Of a stretch of 55,124 nucleotides of DNA, positions 51,589 to 55,124 are shown one piece after another (position 1 is the first letter of the stretch; every line of letters starts with the position of its first letter). The DNA is taken from the NCBI GenBank assembly GCA_032718475.1, contig JAUCBJ010002839.1:1-55124 (forward strand). The letters are read 5' to 3'. This DNA is from Nemertoderma westbladi (taxonomy: Eukaryota > Animalia > Xenacoelomorpha). Below the pieces are notes generated by a model. The model had not been told where the DNA came from. It made no database searches and saw nothing but the letters and a program-made list of their open reading frames with translations. The translations under genes were made by a program, and so were the position numbers.

Positions 51589-52577
51589 ACAAGTATTACA
51601 CGAAGTGGGGCCTTCGCGCAGCACGTGACTTAAATTTAATTTAAGTACTAATTCGAAAGTATTACTGTATTAGCAAATTTTAAGCAGATTTCGCCTAATC
51701 ACTTTTTACCTCTTTCATTTCTATTCAGACATTTCTGACTCTAGCGGTATAGTGAGAACTGAAGATGGATTAGGGTCTCCAGCCCCACAAAGACACAGCC
51801 TATGGATGAATAGTACATACGTACATCGGCCAAGTTTCATCTTGAATAACGGATAACGTAATGAGAGACGGATCTCACTTTCAGAAATTTCGTCGTATAG
51901 CGGCAGACCGATTAAATCTCCCCCCCCCCCCCCCCCCCCCCACAAAGACGCAGCATGTGGTCCAGAATATATGGCAAGATTCAGCTTAAACTGATTAAAA
52001 TCAATGAGACGGGAGAATCTATTCACTTTCAGGCATAAAGTAGTCCTATAGCGGGTGACTGTTGAACTGATTTTCAACAAAACAAATTTTCAACTTGGCA
52101 GCTTTAAATTCGACAAAGTTATAAGCATGTCAATATCATAACGACGACAACGATTTCACTTTCAGACATTTGGCCCTCTAGCGGCAGACTGGAGAACTGC
52201 AGATGGATTCGCCTCCTTTGAAAGTCACAGCTAATGGTCTAATACATATCTGCCAAGTTTCAGCTTAAACGGATTAAAAGCAAAGAAATGGGAGGGCATT
52301 TAATGTTTAGACATGTGGCCCTCTAGCGGGAGACCATTGCACTGATGGTGTCTGAAAGTCTCTCAAAAATCTCAACTTTTGCTCATATTGATACCTACAA
52401 ATTTTCAACTTGGCAGCTTTAAATCCGACAAAGTTATTAGCATGTCAAAATCGTAACGACGACGACAACGACGACGACGACGACAACGACGACGACGACA
52501 ACTATTTGCATAAATTGACCCACCCCCTAACAGTGTCAATTCGCTAAGGCTCCGCCAACTTCGTGGCTCGCCCCAAA
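51589..52577. mobile_element. Probable non-autonomous interspersed element (Helentron/DINE-1-like architecture)
   Basis: Starts ACAAG. Short inverted pair CACGAAGT (51599) / ACTTCGTG (52558). About five diverged ~150-bp core subunits (ttcagacattt..tctagcgg at ~51724, 51878, 52028, 52161, 52308), a ~65-bp direct repeat at 52087 and 52402, an (ACG)n microsatellite and a GC-rich 3' end. Boundaries are approximate. Confidence 0.45.
52456..52500. repeat. (ACG)n/(ACA) microsatellite
   Basis: acgacgacgacaacgacgacgacgacgacaacgacgacgacgaca. Confidence 0.95.
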
Positions 52578-53024
52578 TCTTTAGGGGTAATATTATGTTA
52601 TGTCGGACAATACCTATACTGTATAATGACATTGTTTTGTGTATTTGTTATTGTTTTTACATAATGTACTAGATGGAGATGGGGGTGCTTACTCACCGCG
52701 AAAGAAGCTCTCTAGCTTCAGACAACTGTTCAACTGTCCACGTCTTCGTTCAAGTTACACTCAAAATAATGTATATAAATCAAATAATGTATATATATCA
52801 AATAATGTATATTAATGACAATAATACATTCAAATCTAACATTTTACATTACATATTACAATTATTACTTCCCACCACCGCACTGTCCTATCAGCTGATA
52901 AGGTTGCTTGGCCACCAGCCAAAACATAAACAAATAACTGTTTAACTGCAGGGCCATATCATTTCAATCATGAAACTGTTCTTTTTTCCTGGGCCTGGAC
53001 TGTATACTACCAAATGCCTGCCTG

Positions 53025-53126
53025 CTATGGTAGCCCAGCACCGTCCTCCAGACCGAGGCCGCTCCTCCATTTGGCCCTCGACCCACCAACGCAATGGGAA
53101 GCACCATGCTAGAGTGCTAACTGCAC
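53025..53126 (-). pseudogene. CRE-like retrotransposon C-terminal tail (distal half of the split element)
   Basis: The minus strand reads VQLAL*HGASHCVGGSRAKWRSGLGLEDGAGLP*, matching the C(L/V)RGSRxKWRS...DGA terminus of animal CRE-type ORFs. It continues in frame from the 54772+ fragment. Confidence 0.8.
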
Positions 53127-54644
53127 AGCGTTGCTAATATATTTAACGCTGCAATAAAACTTGGCAGGGTTCCGACTTCTTTTGGAGAAACAATCATCAC
53201 ACATATCTACAAAGGAAAGAACAAAAATCCTCTCCATGATACTTCATATAGACCAATAGCTACTGTGAACCTACTTGCGAAGGTATTTGAGGCCTTGATA
53301 CTAACGCTATATTTTCCTTCCAGTGCGGCTGCACATACGAACGTCAATCAATTCGGGTATAAAAAGAAACTTAGTGCCGATATGATTATATCCCTTGCAC
53401 TTGAATGTGTGGAGTATTATAAGCAGCGTGACTCGTCGATATTCATGTGTCAGCTGGACATAAAATCTGCGTTTGATGATGTTAATTACTATAAGCTTTT
53501 TCGTCGGCTGACTGAGTTTCTAAATCCACATATCGTGCTTGTACTCTGTGATTATTACAGATGCACCAAAATCTTTCTAAAATTTGGGGATTCGATAAAT
53601 TACACATATTACACATTGGGAAAAGGAGTAAAACAAGGATCCGTTCTATCACCTATCTTGTTCAACATATTCACTGCCTCTATTTTGAATGAGTTGCAAT
53701 CAAAAGGAGTTGGCTGTAATATTGATAGCACGTGGCTAGGTGCATTAAGCTATGCCGATGACTTTCTGTTACTTGCCTCCACTGGTTTAGAGATGCAATA
53801 TATGGTGAGAATCATATCCGAGGAAACTAAGAAAATTGGATTGGATATTGAAAAATCCAAGACGAAGTGGATATACAGCTCAACATCACAGCATCCAGCA
53901 TTTCTGGTGTTAAATAATACTCTCATACCTGAAGCGAAAGAGTTGGTATTCCTCGGATTCAACCTTGCCGTAAAGAAACAGGATGCTCTACAATACTGCA
54001 TAAGGACCATGTCGGTGGTCCATGCAATTTTCCGCAGGAAATCATGGACCGTTAAGTGGTTGGACTGCAAGACAGTGGTTAGATTGTGGAAGGCTGTGGG
54101 CGTGCCCTCGATTTTATATAGACTTAAATTCCTTCTTGGTGCCCTATCACAATCGCAGATTGAAATCCTGGAAATTCATTATAGGAGGCTCCTAAGGGGT
54201 TTGTTATGTATTGGGCGATATGCCAGTAACTCCACCTTATATTTGCTATTTAATGGTAGTATATTTGCCAATGATGTGTTCAGGTCCTCTATTCGGACAA
54301 TCATGAGTTTGCGGAGCTGCCCAAATACAAGCTTGAACTCTGGGCTCGGCATCACCCTCATACGCAATGTTACCAGTAGTGGCAGCAATTACATTGGTCT
54401 TGGCAGCATATACGCTAAAGCATCTGCGAGATTCTCACTTCCCTACTTGAGTTCACTGGCAACGATGAAATACTCAGTCAAAAGTATATTGTCGAGGGTG
54501 GCTCCCGGAGAACCATCCATCAAGGATAGAATGGACGCCTCTTTTATTGATCAGTGCCACAAACTGTCTCTCCCACTTGCAAGGAGACGCCATTATATAC
54601 TCAACTACTTTGGTGTATCAAATCAATGTGATTTAAGTTATTGA
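53127..54644 (+). CDS. LINE reverse transcriptase ORF (N-terminally truncated)
   Basis: SVANIFN..GRVP....IYKGK.....SYRPIATVNLLAKVFE (upstream of the track's GTG start at 53265), QFGY, LDIKSAFD, GVKQGSVLSPILFN, YADD, KTK, FLG. No internal stops. Confidence 0.9.
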   Translation, partial: SVANIFNAAIKLGRVPTSFGETIITHIYKGKNKNPLHDTSYRPIATVNLLAKVFEALILTLYFPSSAAAHTNVNQFGYKKKLSADMIISLALECVEYYKQRDSSIFMCQLDIKSAFDDVNYYKLFRRLTEFLNPHIVLVLCDYYRCTKIFLKFGDSINYTYYTLGKGVKQGSVLSPILFNIFTASILNELQSKGVGCNIDSTWLGALSYADDFLLLASTGLEMQYMVRIISEETKKIGLDIEKSKTKWIYSSTSQHPAFLVLNNTLIPEAKELVFLGFNLAVKKQDALQYCIRTMSVVHAIFRRKSWTVKWLDCKTVVRLWKAVGVPSILYRLKFLLGALSQSQIEILEIHYRRLLRGLLCIGRYASNSTLYLLFNGSIFANDVFRSSIRTIMSLRSCPNTSLNSGLGITLIRNVTSSGSNYIGLGSIYAKASARFSLPYLSSLATMKYSVKSILSRVAPGEPSIKDRMDASFIDQCHKLSLPLARRRHYILNYFGVSNQCDLSY

Positions 54645-54771
54645 TCAATAGATCTAAATTGATGTGTGATTTAGTAGCTAATTAGCCTACCTACTGAGGA
54701 TTTTAACCTGTAAATTGTGTGTTTGTTTGACGTATTTTAAACTGTCGGCCTGTCCGATTTTTATGAAATAA
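53127..54771 (+). mobile_element. 5'-truncated non-LTR retrotransposon (LINE; RTE-X/L2-like RT)
   Basis: The RT frame is open from the left junction to the stop at 54644, followed by an AT-rich 3' UTR ending at GAAATAA(A) (~54765-54772). No endonuclease domain is present. The boundaries are defined by the split CRE sequence. Confidence 0.88.
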
Positions 54772-55085
54772 ATGTATCCTCACCCAACCCATAAATAACC
54801 ACGCTGTATGAACGTCCCCACGAATGACTAAGTTTCGCCGCGATCACTCGGAGCAGGTTGTTGGCCTGTGGGGCAACTCCATCACATAACGCAATGAACG
54901 GGGAGAAGTCCGCCCGTCGCGCTGTAACGGCCTCGGCATACAGGCGATTCTTGTCGTCCTCCGCTGACTCGAGGATGGATTTCGGGGGGCGGTTGGCGTA
55001 GGACCCGGCGTCAAGGTTTATTACCTTCATATCAAACAACGCCTGGGTCTGCCTGTTGAAGGCCCCCCGAACCCCCAAGTCGCAG
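54772..55085 (-). pseudogene. CRE-like retrotransposon restriction-like endonuclease (PD-D/ExK) domain fragment
   Basis: DLGVRG.F.RQTQALFDMKVINLDAGSY...AEDDKNRLY...FSPF...DG...LAAKL-like...WGRSYSVV, then after a frameshift MGWVRIH. This is the typical RLE C-terminal domain of animal CRE-clade elements. Confidence 0.8.
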
Positions 55086-55124
55086 CAGTACATACTACAT
55101 CAATAATGTATATCACATAAATGA

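Noticed and set aside
49394-54388. Antisense ORFs over the GPCR and RT, and ORFs 51721-52945
   Set aside because: They are shadow ORFs or translations of homopolymer and microsatellite tracts (poly-G, RRRC).

Overview
Animal (metazoan) genomic DNA, about 75% tandem repeat, with no prokaryotic features. There are three large satellite arrays: a 41-bp array (1-10970), a 29-bp array (11120-14223) and a 62-bp array (~22025-47857) that shows higher-order duplications and a 901-bp MITE insertion. A 20-bp minisatellite lies at ~17992-19341. The main signal is at 11047-21209 on the + strand. A short candidate internal exon (11047-11119) ends in a consensus CAG|GTGAGT donor in phase 2. It is followed by four separate, diverged BED zinc-finger cassettes (15391, 16427, 17427, 20903). 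Each cassette has a YAG acceptor in the matching phase and its own stop codon. This looks like the 3' end of a transcription-factor gene with mutually exclusive terminal DNA-binding exons (lola/mod(mdg4)-style modularity), and the intron in front of the cassettes opens with ~107 tandem copies of the splice donor. The right end holds a single-ORF class A peptide GPCR, a decayed RT fragment, a 50-bp TA-flanked palindrome, a probable Helentron-type non-autonomous element, and a 5'-truncated LINE inserted antisense into the C-terminus of a CRE-like retrotransposon. Splicing is inferred from sequence only, and the gene's 5' exons are not visible in this window.
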